From Hadesarchaea archaeon (GTDB taxonomy: Archaea > Hadarchaeota > Hadarchaeia > Hadarchaeales > Hadarchaeaceae), in assembly GCA_029259175.1 (NCBI GenBank), contig JAPDJH010000001.1:128001-192000 (forward strand): DNA of 64,000 bases, in the 5' to 3' direction. A model generated the notes under the pieces. That model did no database searches and was not told the origin of the DNA. It saw nothing but the letters and a program-made list of their open reading frames with translations. Positions 27,631 to 36,346 of the stretch are shown piece by piece; position 1 is the first letter of the stretch; every line of letters starts with the position of its first letter. The position numbers and the translations under genes were made by a program.

Positions 27631-28042
27631 GAATACCAACGAAGTAAGGATCAACACCGAAATCCGTGGCGAACCCGCTCGGTGGCTTGAGGAGTGGATA
27701 GCAAAGGGCTATGTCTCCTCGTATCGGGACGCCGTGGTGTGTGCCCTGAGAGCCCTACACGAGGAGATAGTCGAGGAGGACATAAAGGACGGGCAGCGGA
27801 GAACCGCCCTAAGGTGCCTCGGCGAGGAAGTCCCGAACAACGGCAATGGCAGGAAGCGGCTGAACTTCACGCTCAACGGGAAGGCTGCCGAATACCTGCG
27901 GGAACTACAAAAGAGGGGGTTGGTTCTCAAAACCCCCGACGCCATCGTTCAGGCGTTCAGAGCATTACATAAGAAAGTGGTTGAGCAGGAACTGAAGGAG
28001 ATTCAGCATAAGCGGGTGTTGAAAGAGCTGGGATACGAATGA
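27623..28042 (+). CDS. Tandem RHH-domain protein
   Basis: RINTEIRG...GYVSSYRDAVVCALRAL is repeated as RLNFTLNG...GLVLKTPDAIVQAFRAL; GGAGGTG RBS. Confidence 0.7.
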   Translation: MAENTNEVRINTEIRGEPARWLEEWIAKGYVSSYRDAVVCALRALHEEIVEEDIKDGQRRTALRCLGEEVPNNGNGRKRLNFTLNGKAAEYLRELQKRGLVLKTPDAIVQAFRALHKKVVEQELKEIQHKRVLKELGYE

Positions 28043-28212
28043 ACAAGCATCAGTGCTCCGAAGGCTCTTTTGCCCAGTGTGGGGCGTGAGGCGATTTAGG
28101 TGTCAAACCAGTCTTTTGAAAACTCGTTTGTTTTCCAGTTCTGAAAATCGTGAAATACAAACGGGGAGTTGTTTCTACCCCGCGGGACCACATCACGCTA
28201 TCTTGCGTCCAT

Positions 28213-28797
28213 TCATCGCTCCTTTGGGCAAAACTCCCGGCGGGGTGGCTGGACTTCCACGACGATCTTCTCCCCCTTCCGCAAGTGCTCGAGCAGCTCG
28301 CGCTCCTCCGGGTCTGTGACCTTCCGCTCGAGGTACTCCCAGTCGATTTGGTCAGCGTACATCGCCAGAAGCTCTTGGAGATCTGTGATGTCCTTGCCCC
28401 TGCGGAAGCTCAGCTTGGATCTGATGATGTCCTCCAGCGAGGCTATCGCGAGTTCCTTCCCCAAGAACCTGACTTTTCTTGCCCGCCGAAAGACCTCCTC
28501 ATCTTCCTCGAGAATCAAATCCACTCCGTAGCACTCGGGGGTCTTCAGCAGGGCCATTCCGAGCTTGTGGAAGTCCTCGCCGCGAAAGGCGAAGCCCCTG
28601 CGGGTGAACTCTTGGACTACGCGCTCCCACTGAGAGCCAGAGACTGCTAAGAGGATGTCGACATCACGAGTGACCCGGATGTAGTCGTAAAGGGCGCAGG
28701 CGACAGCACCCGTCAGGACGTACTCGATGTGGAGTTCACTGAGGATATCAACTGCCTTCAGTGTCACGCGCCCCAGAGGGCCGAGCTTATCCTGCAC
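28213..28797 (-). CDS. DUF6036/AbiEii-like nucleotidyltransferase
   Basis: YVLTGAVA...RVTRDVDILL...SLEDIIRSKL..R.KDITD. Confidence 0.75.
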   Translation of the reverse strand: MQDKLGPLGRVTLKAVDILSELHIEYVLTGAVACALYDYIRVTRDVDILLAVSGSQWERVVQEFTRRGFAFRGEDFHKLGMALLKTPECYGVDLILEEDEEVFRRARKVRFLGKELAIASLEDIIRSKLSFRRGKDITDLQELLAMYADQIDWEYLERKVTDPEERELLEHLRKGEKIVVEVQPPRREFCPKER

Positions 28798-29116
28798 GTC
28801 TGCCCGCCTCTCTTATCGCGATGAGAAAACTGAAATTCGCATCCAGCTCACGGAATCTTTGGGCTATTTTGTTCGGGCTGAGCTCTGCAGAGGACCGCAA
28901 CAGTTTCCTCCCCCTGGCCGTGAGCCTCCAGCCGCCCCAGATGGGGTTCTCCACGTAGCCCTCCTGCTTGAGCCCGCTGAGCATCTTGGCCACGGCCCCT
29001 CTGCTCTTCCCCATCCGCTTGACGAGATCGCGGACTTGGGCGACCGGAAGCTCCCCACGCCTGCAGAGCTCCTCGACGATCCTGAGCAAGCGCACCGATT
29101 CCGGTCCCGGCTTCAT
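28787..29116 (-). CDS. wHTH protein, probable antitoxin/regulator
   Basis: KSRGAVAKMLSGLKQEGYVE...WRLTARG. ATG 29116 is preferred because the listed GTG lies inside the operator. Confidence 0.7.
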   Translation of the reverse strand: MKPGPESVRLLRIVEELCRRGELPVAQVRDLVKRMGKSRGAVAKMLSGLKQEGYVENPIWGGWRLTARGRKLLRSSAELSPNKIAQRFRELDANFSFLIAIREAGRRAG

Positions 29117-29134
29117 CTTCACCCGAATCAAGTT

Positions 29135-29163
29135 AGGTAACACTAGGTATATATGTGTTACCT
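29135..29163. promoter_or_regulatory. Inverted-repeat operator around a TATA box
   Basis: AGGTAACAC (29135-29143) / GTGTTACCT (29155-29163) flanking TATATA. Confidence 0.7.
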
Positions 29164-29225
29164 CATGTCTTTATTGTTCATCAAACCTTAACAATAGAAT
29201 ATGATGAAAAATATAACAAACCTCG

Positions 29226-30350
29226 TTATCTCCTGCTCAGGCGCCTAATCCACTCGGCGAAAAAAATGTCGCCGATTTTCCCCATCTTATCGGGAGGAAT
29301 CCTCTCGACAATCCCTTTCTTCTCTAAAGCGTCATACGCTTTTTTCACATGGGAGGCCGACCTCATGCCGTACCTTTCGATAAATCTTGCTGAAAAGATG
29401 TTCGCATCAGGTTCAAGCGACATCCCACGGAGAAGGTTTCGTTGCCCCCTTCCCCTGAGCAAGTCCCATATCTGCTCATATTCCGCAGAATGGTGGGCGA
29501 TAATACGATCTATCGCTTCCTCTATGATCGAGGCGTCTCTAACATTTTTGTTCAAATTCCAGATCTCGTGGCAGAGCTGCTGAGTGAAATATGGGTGGCC
29601 TTCGGTGTAGTCCAAAATTTTTCCGGCTATCTCCTCCCGGATGCTCCCCCCTGCCTTATGAAACTTCTCGATGATAAAGCGCTTGAACTCTTTGAGAGGG
29701 ATCCTTCCCAGCTCCATCGGCTTGGCGAACCTGAAGAGAGGGCGATCTTCCCGAGAAAACATCTCCAGCAACAATCGGCGCTTGCTCCCAGCGAAAATGT
29801 AGGATGCATGGGCATGGCGTTCGAACTTTGCCTTCATGAGCTTCTCGAGCTTCAACCCGTTGAAATGGAGGATCTCTTGGAACTCGTCGAACGCGATGAT
29901 GACACGTTTTCTCTTTTCCTTCGCAACCATCTCAGGGAGTTCTAGGGCTTCCGCCATTTCTGGTGGGGTTATCTCCCTAGCAATGCTGACTTTCAGACCA
30001 TCTGGCGTTGTGGTGAAGCTGGGGCGCAGGCTAGACAAGAACTTTGTTGCTGACTTGATGGCTCTTTCTATCCTCCCGTAGGCCGCAGCCAAGACCGTCT
30101 CCACAATCCTTTCTGCGAGCGCAGTTTCAGAATCCACCTCATAGAGCTTTATGTGGACGAGAATCGCCTTTTCCCCAAGGCGCCGAGAGAATTCGGCAAT
30201 CAGGGAGGATTTTCCAATTCGTCGAGGGGTGAGCATGAGCACACTTTTTCCAGACAATAGCTCCTGTCGAAGTTCTTTCAGCTCTTGCTCTCGGTCCACG
30301 AAGTTCTCGCCGAAGACTTCAACTCCATACACAAATGGATTCGTTCCCAT
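29226..30350 (-). CDS. Archaeal ATPase (STAND/ATPase_2 family)
   Basis: NPF, FVDREQEL, PRRIGKSS, IAFDEFQ, GHPYFTQ. Confidence 0.88.
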   Translation of the reverse strand: MGTNPFVYGVEVFGENFVDREQELKELRQELLSGKSVLMLTPRRIGKSSLIAEFSRRLGEKAILVHIKLYEVDSETALAERIVETVLAAAYGRIERAIKSATKFLSSLRPSFTTTPDGLKVSIAREITPPEMAEALELPEMVAKEKRKRVIIAFDEFQEILHFNGLKLEKLMKAKFERHAHASYIFAGSKRRLLLEMFSREDRPLFRFAKPMELGRIPLKEFKRFIIEKFHKAGGSIREEIAGKILDYTEGHPYFTQQLCHEIWNLNKNVRDASIIEEAIDRIIAHHSAEYEQIWDLLRGRGQRNLLRGMSLEPDANIFSARFIERYGMRSASHVKKAYDALEKKGIVERIPPDKMGKIGDIFFAEWIRRLSRR

Positions 30351-30390
30351 GTCATCTATTTAACATGAAAGTTTCCTTTTTATACTTTTT

Positions 30391-30416
30391 GGTTAATAAC
30401 TTTTTAGTTAATAACC
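30391..30416. promoter_or_regulatory. Tandem GTTAATAAC boxes, putative operator
   Basis: GGTTAATAAC-TTTTTA-GTTAATAACC upstream of the ATPase gene. Confidence 0.45.
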
Positions 30417-30496
30417 TACTTGTAATCTGTGCTGACCATTCTTTTTTGACATCGAGAAAAACCTTTTCCCGAGCCCGAGCATAGAGTAGTGAAACC

Positions 30497-30872
30497 ATGG
30501 TGAAGATAATGGCGGTGGACGATCGCCCCGAGACTCTGGGTCTGATCGAGAAGATAGTCAAGCGGGCGGGCCACGAGTTCGTGGGGTGCTCGAGCGGCGA
30601 GGAGTGCCTGGAAATCTACGAGCGGGAAAAGCCCGACTTGATTCTGCTCGACATCCTCCTGCCTGGGATGGACGGCTATGAAGTCTTCGAAAAAAATCAA
30701 GGAGCGGAACCCGAAGCAGCTGATCGCGTTCCTCTCAGCCCTCGACATCGCCCCGCGGACCATCGTCAAGCTCAAGCGCTACGGCAACCCGCCCTACATC
30801 ACCAAGCCATTTGATCCGGACGAGCTGGTTCAGCGAATTGAGGAAATCTTGAAGCGTGGGGATCAAACTTGA
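30497..30872 (+). pseudogene. Single-domain response regulator with +1 frameshift in an A7 run
   Basis: VDD...LLDILLPGMDG in one frame; IAFLSA...YITKPFD in another. A7 run at 30690-30696; A6 restores the frame. Confidence 0.85.
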
Positions 30873-31702
30873 ATATCATTTATGTGGTGACGGCGGCTCT
30901 CGGAGGCCTCGTGGTTTTGGAACTCTTCATCATTCTGAACTCACTCCGCTACACCCGCCAGCTCCTGCGGATCAAAGACCGGCACGAGGCCGAGCTCCGA
31001 CGCGCCCACGAGAAGCTAAAATCTGTGGACCGGCTCAAGACCGAGTTCATGAACATGGCGGCCCACGAGCTCAAGACCCCGCTCGTCCCCATGGTGGGCT
31101 ATCTCCAGCTAATCGACAAGTCCAAGCTGGACCCGGAGGACCGGGAGAATCTGGAAATCGCCATCCGGAACACCAAGCGTTTGCAGCAGCTCGTCCAGGA
31201 CATCCTCGATATCGCCAAGCTCGAGTCGCGGGTGATGAAGTTCAACTGGGAGGATGTGGATCTGACCCGGGTGATCAAGGACTGCACGTCAAGCATTGCC
31301 CCGCTCGCCGAAGAAAAGGGCCTCTACGTGAAAACCGTGATGCCGAAAAAGCTCCCGCCCGTCCGCGGCGACTTCATGCGGTTAAGCCAGGTGCTGACCA
31401 ACCTGCTCAACAACGCCGTGAAGTTCACCGATCGCGGAGGGATCACGGTGCGGGCGCGCAGGAGCGGAGACCAAGTGATTGTGGAGGTCATCGACACGGG
31501 GATCGGCATATCGAAGAAAGACCAGCGAAAGCTCTTCCGCAAGTTCTACCAGACTGAGGCGGGCAAAAAGAAGTTCGGCGGCACCGGCCTTGGCTTGGCC
31601 ATATGCAAGCAGATCATCAAATTCCACCGCGGGCGGATCTGGGTTCACAGCACCCCCGGGAAGGGGTCTACCTTCGCGTTCAGCCTGCCCGTCAGGCAGT
31701 GA
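30869..31702 (+). CDS. Sensor histidine kinase (1 TM, HisKA + HATPase_c)
   Basis: AHELKTPL, NLLNNAVKF, DTGIGI, GTGLGL. Confidence 0.92.
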   Translation: MNIIYVVTAALGGLVVLELFIILNSLRYTRQLLRIKDRHEAELRRAHEKLKSVDRLKTEFMNMAAHELKTPLVPMVGYLQLIDKSKLDPEDRENLEIAIRNTKRLQQLVQDILDIAKLESRVMKFNWEDVDLTRVIKDCTSSIAPLAEEKGLYVKTVMPKKLPPVRGDFMRLSQVLTNLLNNAVKFTDRGGITVRARRSGDQVIVEVIDTGIGISKKDQRKLFRKFYQTEAGKKKFGGTGLGLAICKQIIKFHRGRIWVHSTPGKGSTFAFSLPVRQ

Positions 31703-31887
31703 GTCCGGGGACTGCGCACAGCAGGTCTTCACCATTCAGTGAAATATGAGTGTACTGAACTTGTTCACTCCTGAGCGTGTTTAACCATAAGAACTCGTAT
31801 CATTGGAACTCGCACTTCCAATGGTTTAAAAGCGATTAGAAATACGACTTCCAAAAAAATAAAAAAGGGTTGCTCGCGATATTGGGT

Positions 31888-32013
31888 TGGGCTGGCGGCC
31901 ATAGCGGCGGGGCCACACCCGGTCTCGTCCGATCCCGGAAGTTAAGCCCGCCAGCGATCCGGGTGGTACTGTGGTGCGAGAGCCCACGGGAGGCCCGGGA
32001 CGCTGCCAGCCCA
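31888..32013 (+). rRNA. rrf: 5S rRNA (archaeal)
   Basis: GGCGGCCATAGCGGCGGGG..ACACCCGG...GAAGTTAAGCC...GCTGCC; terminal helix TGGGCTGGC/GCCAGCCCA. Confidence 0.95.
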
Positions 32014-32053
32014 CTAAAAAGTTTTTAGTTTGGACTCCGCATCTATTCTCGGT

Positions 32054-32131
32054 GCCCTGGTGGTGTAGCCCGGTCTAACATGGAGCCCTGTCGAGGCTCC
32101 GCCCCGGGTTCAAATCCCGGCCAGGGCGCCA
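32054..32131 (+). tRNA. tRNA-Asp(GTC), CCA encoded
   Basis: Acceptor stem GCCCTGG/CCAGGGC; anticodon arm GAGCC-CTGTCGA-GGCTC; T-loop GGTTCAAATCC. Confidence 0.97.
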
Positions 32132-32157
32132 GTTTTTATCAGGGGCTCCGGGAAGAT

Positions 32158-32560
32158 CTAGCTTGTCGTTCGCTGGCAACGGGGCCTACCCGCCGCCTTG
32201 CAGTACCCCCTATCGAAGAGCCTGCTCAGCTTGTGGAAGACCTCTGAGTAAACGACCGCGTTGATGCCCAGCCCTTCCCTCAGCAACGTCCGGAGCTTTT
32301 CAATCGCCGCTTTATGCTCGGGGGCGTTCTCAACCTCTGCAAAAATCCAGACGTTCGAGCCAACGATGATCAGCTGAACCACTGCTCCTCCTCGAGCTTT
32401 TCAAGCAAGTCCCTTGTGATTTCAACCTTGCTTCTCAGCGGGTGAAGAACGATGTCTCCCAGTAACGGATCATTCCGGGGCACGATCTTGCCCGCCCTTC
32501 TAATCACCAGCTCCTCCCCGCCTCCTCAGGATCAAGGACTGTTTCGGCTTCAGTTTCCAC
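32158..32560 (-). pseudogene. Remnant antitoxin + truncated VapC (PIN) pair
   Basis: IIVGSNVWIFA (catalytic D replaced by G)...VYSEV, then truncated; upstream antitoxin tail ...RDLLEKLEEEQWFS*. Confidence 0.6.
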
Positions 32561-32603
32561 ATCTCAATAGACATAATATACATGCCTACACAATAATTAT
32601 TCG

Positions 32604-32831
32604 ATGGCAAAAACAATCGCGATATCTGATGAGGCTTATGAAAAGCTTGTGAAAATCAAGCTCCCGGGGGAGAGCTTCAGCGATGTGATAATAAAGACTC
32701 TGAAGAGAGCAGGACTTTCAGATATAGCCGGTTCGAAAACCGTCACGAAAAAGGAGTGGAAGCGGGTCGTAAAGGCCTTTCAGGCTCAAAGGGAACTCGA
32801 TGAAAGGAGAAGGCGGCGGTTGATGAAGTAG
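32604..32831 (+). CDS. vapB: VapB-type antitoxin (DUF217/UPF0330)
   Basis: MAKTIAISDEAYEKL...GESFSDVI. Confidence 0.85.
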   Translation: MAKTIAISDEAYEKLVKIKLPGESFSDVIIKTLKRAGLSDIAGSKTVTKKEWKRVVKAFQAQRELDERRRRRLMK

Positions 32832-32840
32832 TGTGATCTC

Positions 32841-33162
32841 ATGTTGCTCTTTGATACGGGTTACCTCATCGATCTCATCAATGGCGACGAGGGTGCAATT
32901 AGAATCGCGAACGAGGTTGACGCTGCTGAGGCTTTTCGAAAAAGCCGAAAGGGAGTTGGAAAGATTTGAAATCTTGCCGTACACCATCGAGATAGCGAAA
33001 CTCGCCGCCAAAATTGATGCCGAACTCACGCGGAGAGGCACGCCAATAAGTTTTGCCGATGTTATGATCGCGGCCACTTCGCTTCACCACGGTCTCACCT
33101 TAGTAAGCAGAAACGTGAAACACTTTGTAAGAATCCAAAATCTCAAGATCAGGCAATATTGA
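32841..33162 (+). pseudogene. vapC: VapC PIN toxin with internal deletion/frameshift
   Basis: MLLFDTGYLIDL from ATG 32841 is in a different frame from the C-terminal ADVMIAATS...SRNVKHF. Confidence 0.75.
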
Positions 33163-33230
33163 ACAATCGAATTTCTCGTTAAAAATAAAACACGAGTTCG
33201 AACCCCGAGCAGGGTACCAGCCATCGAGAA

Positions 33231-33532
33231 ATGGAGAAAATAGAAAGATTCACGAAGGGGTCAAGCTATGAGCGCTTCGCGAAAAACGAAATGCTCCAAA
33301 GCGCGTTTTGAGGGAGCTGATAGTGATAGCCGAGATAGTCAAAGAAAGGCTGTCAGAAACCCTGAAGAAAAAATATCCGCAAATCCCGTGGAGCGCAATA
33401 GCCGGGATGCGGGACAAGCTCGCCCACTCCTATCTCGACGTGGATGTGGATTTCAGGATCGTGTGGAGCGTGGTGAAAGAAGAGCTGCCGCCCCTCAAGC
33501 GAGCCATCGAGAAAATCATCCGCGAGATCTGA
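33231..33532 (+). pseudogene. HepT/DUF86 HEPN toxin, frameshifted
   Basis: MEKIERFTKG...NEMLQSA, frame change, then ...IPWSAIAGMRDKLAHSY (Rx4H). Confidence 0.75.
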
Positions 33533-33602
33533 CTAGGCCCCAAAATGGTTTGAGCATCGACGTTGAGCGAATCGAATGGTGGCATGAACTCAAAAAAGCC
33601 AA

Positions 33603-34769
33603 CTATTTCCTCACCAGCCCCGCGACCAGCTCCACGTGCGGTGTCCACGGAAACATGTCTAAAAGGCGGATCGGTTCCCTCAGCTCATAGCTCTCTTCCA
33701 GCGACCTCAAGTCGTGGGCCATAGTGGCCGGATTGCACGAGACGTAAATGAGTTTCTCGATTTCTGACTTCTTCAGCAGTCTCACGGCTTTCGGATGCAT
33801 TCCCGCCCTAGGCGGATCTACGATCCCAACCGTGGCCTCGAGCCGCTCCAGTTTTTCTACCTTTGCTTCGGTAACCGAGAAATTGTCCACCCCGTTTAGT
33901 TCCGCGTTTCTCCGGGCATCCTCGACTGCAAGCGGATCTGCCTCGATCCCGGTCACCCGCGCGAAGTTATCGCTGAGCGAAATCCCGAAGAGCCCGACCC
34001 CGCAGTAGAGATCCGCCAGAACATCGCCTCCCTCTGCGAGCTCGCGAACCACCTCGACGAGCCGCTCGGCCATCCGGCTGTTGGTCTGGAAGAAGGAGTA
34101 AGGGCTGAGCTGGAACTCGAAATGCCCAACGCGCTCTGAAAGCGGCTCTCCAGCGTATCTCACCACCTTCCCGACCGAGATGTCTGCCGGCCCCTCGTAC
34201 ACCGCCAGCGCGAACCCGGTGCAGCCGAGCTCCTCTCCGAGCCGGCAGAACTCGTCGAAGGAGAACTCCTCCTTGGCCGCCAGAACTATGACCGTGCGCC
34301 TGCCGGTGTTCTTCCCCTCGCGGACAACCAAGTACCGCACTAGTCCTCGCTTTCGCCGCAGGTCGTAAGGCAGTAGGCCCTGCGTCCGCAGAAAATCCCG
34401 GAAGCCGTTCCGGACTCTGTCAGCCTCTTCTGACTGGAGCAGGCACCGCTCGATATCGACTACCGCGTACTTCGATTTCAGCTTTCGCAGACCAATCTTG
34501 GGCCCAGGAGCCACCACGTAGTCCATTCGGTTGCGGTAGAACCACTCCTCCGCGGCTCTCACCGGCTCTTCGAACGAGGCCTCCAGCTCCATTCGCTCGA
34601 AAACCCGGCGAACCCCTTCGACCTTTATCAGGAGCTGTGACTCGTAGGAGTAGTTCTGAAGCGCACACCCGCCACAGACACCAAAATAAGGACATCGCGG
34701 CTCGGCGCGCTCGAGCTTCTCGTCCAGATCAGAAACCACCGACTGCCACATGAGGACTCCCACGTTCAC
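33603..34769 (-). CDS. RlmD/TrmA-family RNA uracil-5-methyltransferase ([4Fe-4S])
   Basis: CPYFGVCGGC, YRNRMD, FFQTN, DLYCGVG, DPPRAG, YVSCNP, DMFPWTPHVE. Confidence 0.92.
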   Translation of the reverse strand: MNVGVLMWQSVVSDLDEKLERAEPRCPYFGVCGGCALQNYSYESQLLIKVEGVRRVFERMELEASFEEPVRAAEEWFYRNRMDYVVAPGPKIGLRKLKSKYAVVDIERCLLQSEEADRVRNGFRDFLRTQGLLPYDLRRKRGLVRYLVVREGKNTGRRTVIVLAAKEEFSFDEFCRLGEELGCTGFALAVYEGPADISVGKVVRYAGEPLSERVGHFEFQLSPYSFFQTNSRMAERLVEVVRELAEGGDVLADLYCGVGLFGISLSDNFARVTGIEADPLAVEDARRNAELNGVDNFSVTEAKVEKLERLEATVGIVDPPRAGMHPKAVRLLKKSEIEKLIYVSCNPATMAHDLRSLEESYELREPIRLLDMFPWTPHVELVAGLVRK

Positions 34770-35407
34770 CTCTGAAAGCGCTCCAAAACCCGCTCAAGCT
34801 CACGATCCAGCCGCGCCTCGTCATCCACCTCGTTGCGCACCACCACCAACTCCGCTGGTGCGCGCGACCGCAGCTCCTCCTCCGACCGCAGATAGAGTTC
34901 CTCCATGTCGTCATATCGGTAGTATTGCTCCATGATGTCGCTCGGCGCGATGTGGTCGTCAAGGGTTTTCCCGCCCCCCTCCCTGAATCGCCTCACGTTG
35001 CGCTGTACGCACACGTCAAACGGACAGTAAATGTAGAGCAAGAGAGAGCGCCGAAGCACGTCCGCGTCGAAATTTCTTAGGGCCTCCAGATATCGGTCGC
35101 GCGCGAACTCCACAAAGATAACTTTGTCCTCTCGTGCTTCCCGCTTGAGCCTCTGGTTGATCTCCTTGAGCACGTCGTCTAACAAGGTGAAGTCCGTAAC
35201 AACGAAACCGCCCTCCTTTCTGTAGTGGCGTTTGAATTCCTTGTCTCGATCCAGCAGTTCCTTCAAAATCGGAAAATCGTCTATCCGTGTGACTTCCAAG
35301 CCGCGTTCGCTCAGTTTTGCTGAGAGTTTCTTATAAATCAGGGATTTTCCACACCCTGGTCTCCCCAGAAGGAACACGAAAGACGGCATCATCAAAAAAG
35401 AGAGCAT
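34766..35407 (-). CDS. P-loop kinase-like protein
   Basis: LLGRPGCGKS Walker A; VIFVEF. Confidence 0.75.
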   Translation of the reverse strand: MLSFLMMPSFVFLLGRPGCGKSLIYKKLSAKLSERGLEVTRIDDFPILKELLDRDKEFKRHYRKEGGFVVTDFTLLDDVLKEINQRLKREAREDKVIFVEFARDRYLEALRNFDADVLRRSLLLYIYCPFDVCVQRNVRRFREGGGKTLDDHIAPSDIMEQYYRYDDMEELYLRSEEELRSRAPAELVVVRNEVDDEARLDRELERVLERFQR

Positions 35408-35450
35408 TTTTCTTCTTTAAAAGTCTCCTCCAACCAAAGAACTCGCGGGC

Positions 35451-35693
35451 GTGCAAGTGCAGCTCACCATCCTGCTCGTGGTGCTCGGGATTGGGTGGCA
35501 GATCTCTTTGCGATACGTGAAAACCCGTCGGACCAAGCTCGCAGCGCGTCCTTCGCTGGACCACCTCTTGGCCAAGGCCGAGCTCGAAGTGCTCCGAACT
35601 CTGGAGAAGAAGCTGGCGGCCAAACCCGACGACCCGAAGCTCAAAACCATACGGCGAAGGGTGATGGATCTTGAACTACAATCAGGTGTGTAG
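35451..35693 (+). CDS. Small membrane-anchored hypothetical protein
   Basis: N-terminal hydrophobic helix; first gene of the pilus-ATPase cluster. Confidence 0.5.
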   Translation: MQVQLTILLVVLGIGWQISLRYVKTRRTKLAARPSLDHLLAKAELEVLRTLEKKLAAKPDDPKLKTIRRRVMDLELQSGV

Positions 35694-36216
35694 ATCGTTG
35701 TACACGATCTCTCAAATCCCTCCGACCCAGCCCGCACGAATTCGAGAATCGTGGCTGCGGGTGAAAAGGGAACTGGAAATTCTCCGCGCGATCAGCGCAG
35801 ACAGCTTCTTGCAGTCCCTTTTGAGCAAGACCGAGAAAGCCGCTGCCCTTCTCTTCCGCTCCCTGATGGCAAAAAGAGGTGCCATGAGAGAGGAGTGGAG
35901 AAAGATTGCCGAAATGGATGCCGAAAGATTTCTGGACTGCATAAGCGAGCTCCACGAATATCTGGAAAACGAAAAACAGCGGCTCGAACCGCTCTTCTCG
36001 CGTGCATTCTTCGTGTTGAACCAGTGCATCGACCCCCACCGTCTCTTCCAAGAATTGCGAAAGGCTGGAGCTCTGCGAGAGGACACGTGGGCGTTGCTAA
36101 ATCTCTTCGGCCCCAAAGAACTGTGCACGCACCGAGTCCAACAACGCATTCAGTTGCTCGCCCGCTTATTGTTCGAGCTACGGGAGGTTGACACCGTTGA
36201 TGCGGAAAGAAGATAG
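35671..36216 (+). CDS. Hypothetical helical protein
   Basis: 181-aa ORF in the operon; start uncertain. Confidence 0.55.
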   Translation: MNYNQVCRSLYTISQIPPTQPARIRESWLRVKRELEILRAISADSFLQSLLSKTEKAAALLFRSLMAKRGAMREEWRKIAEMDAERFLDCISELHEYLENEKQRLEPLFSRAFFVLNQCIDPHRLFQELRKAGALREDTWALLNLFGPKELCTHRVQQRIQLLARLLFELREVDTVDAERR

Positions 36217-36346
36217 AGCTCTGCTGGCCAGACATGGGGCTCAGCTCCAAAAGTTGGGAATCGAGATCCAATGGATACGCCAGAAGCTGGAGCTCTTGGA
36301 AAAGCGCGTTGGCTGGCTCGAAGACCGCATCGGGGGAGGAATTTGA
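36200..36346 (+). CDS. Small coiled-coil protein, 48 aa
   Basis: Below ORF-track cutoff: MRKEDRALLARHGAQLQKLGIEIQWIRQKLELLEKRVGWLEDRIGGGI; its stop overlaps the TTG start of the ATPase. Confidence 0.5.
   Translation: MRKEDRALLARHGAQLQKLGIEIQWIRQKLELLEKRVGWLEDRIGGGI

Noticed and set aside
31735-31780. Possible C/D-box sRNA (two CTGA boxes) upstream of 5S rRNA
   Set aside because: No convincing RUGAUGA C or C' box.
32054-32131. tRNA-Asp or tRNA-Leu as the att site of the left island
   Set aside because: No duplicated tRNA segment was found in the window. The other end may lie outside it, so this cannot be supported.
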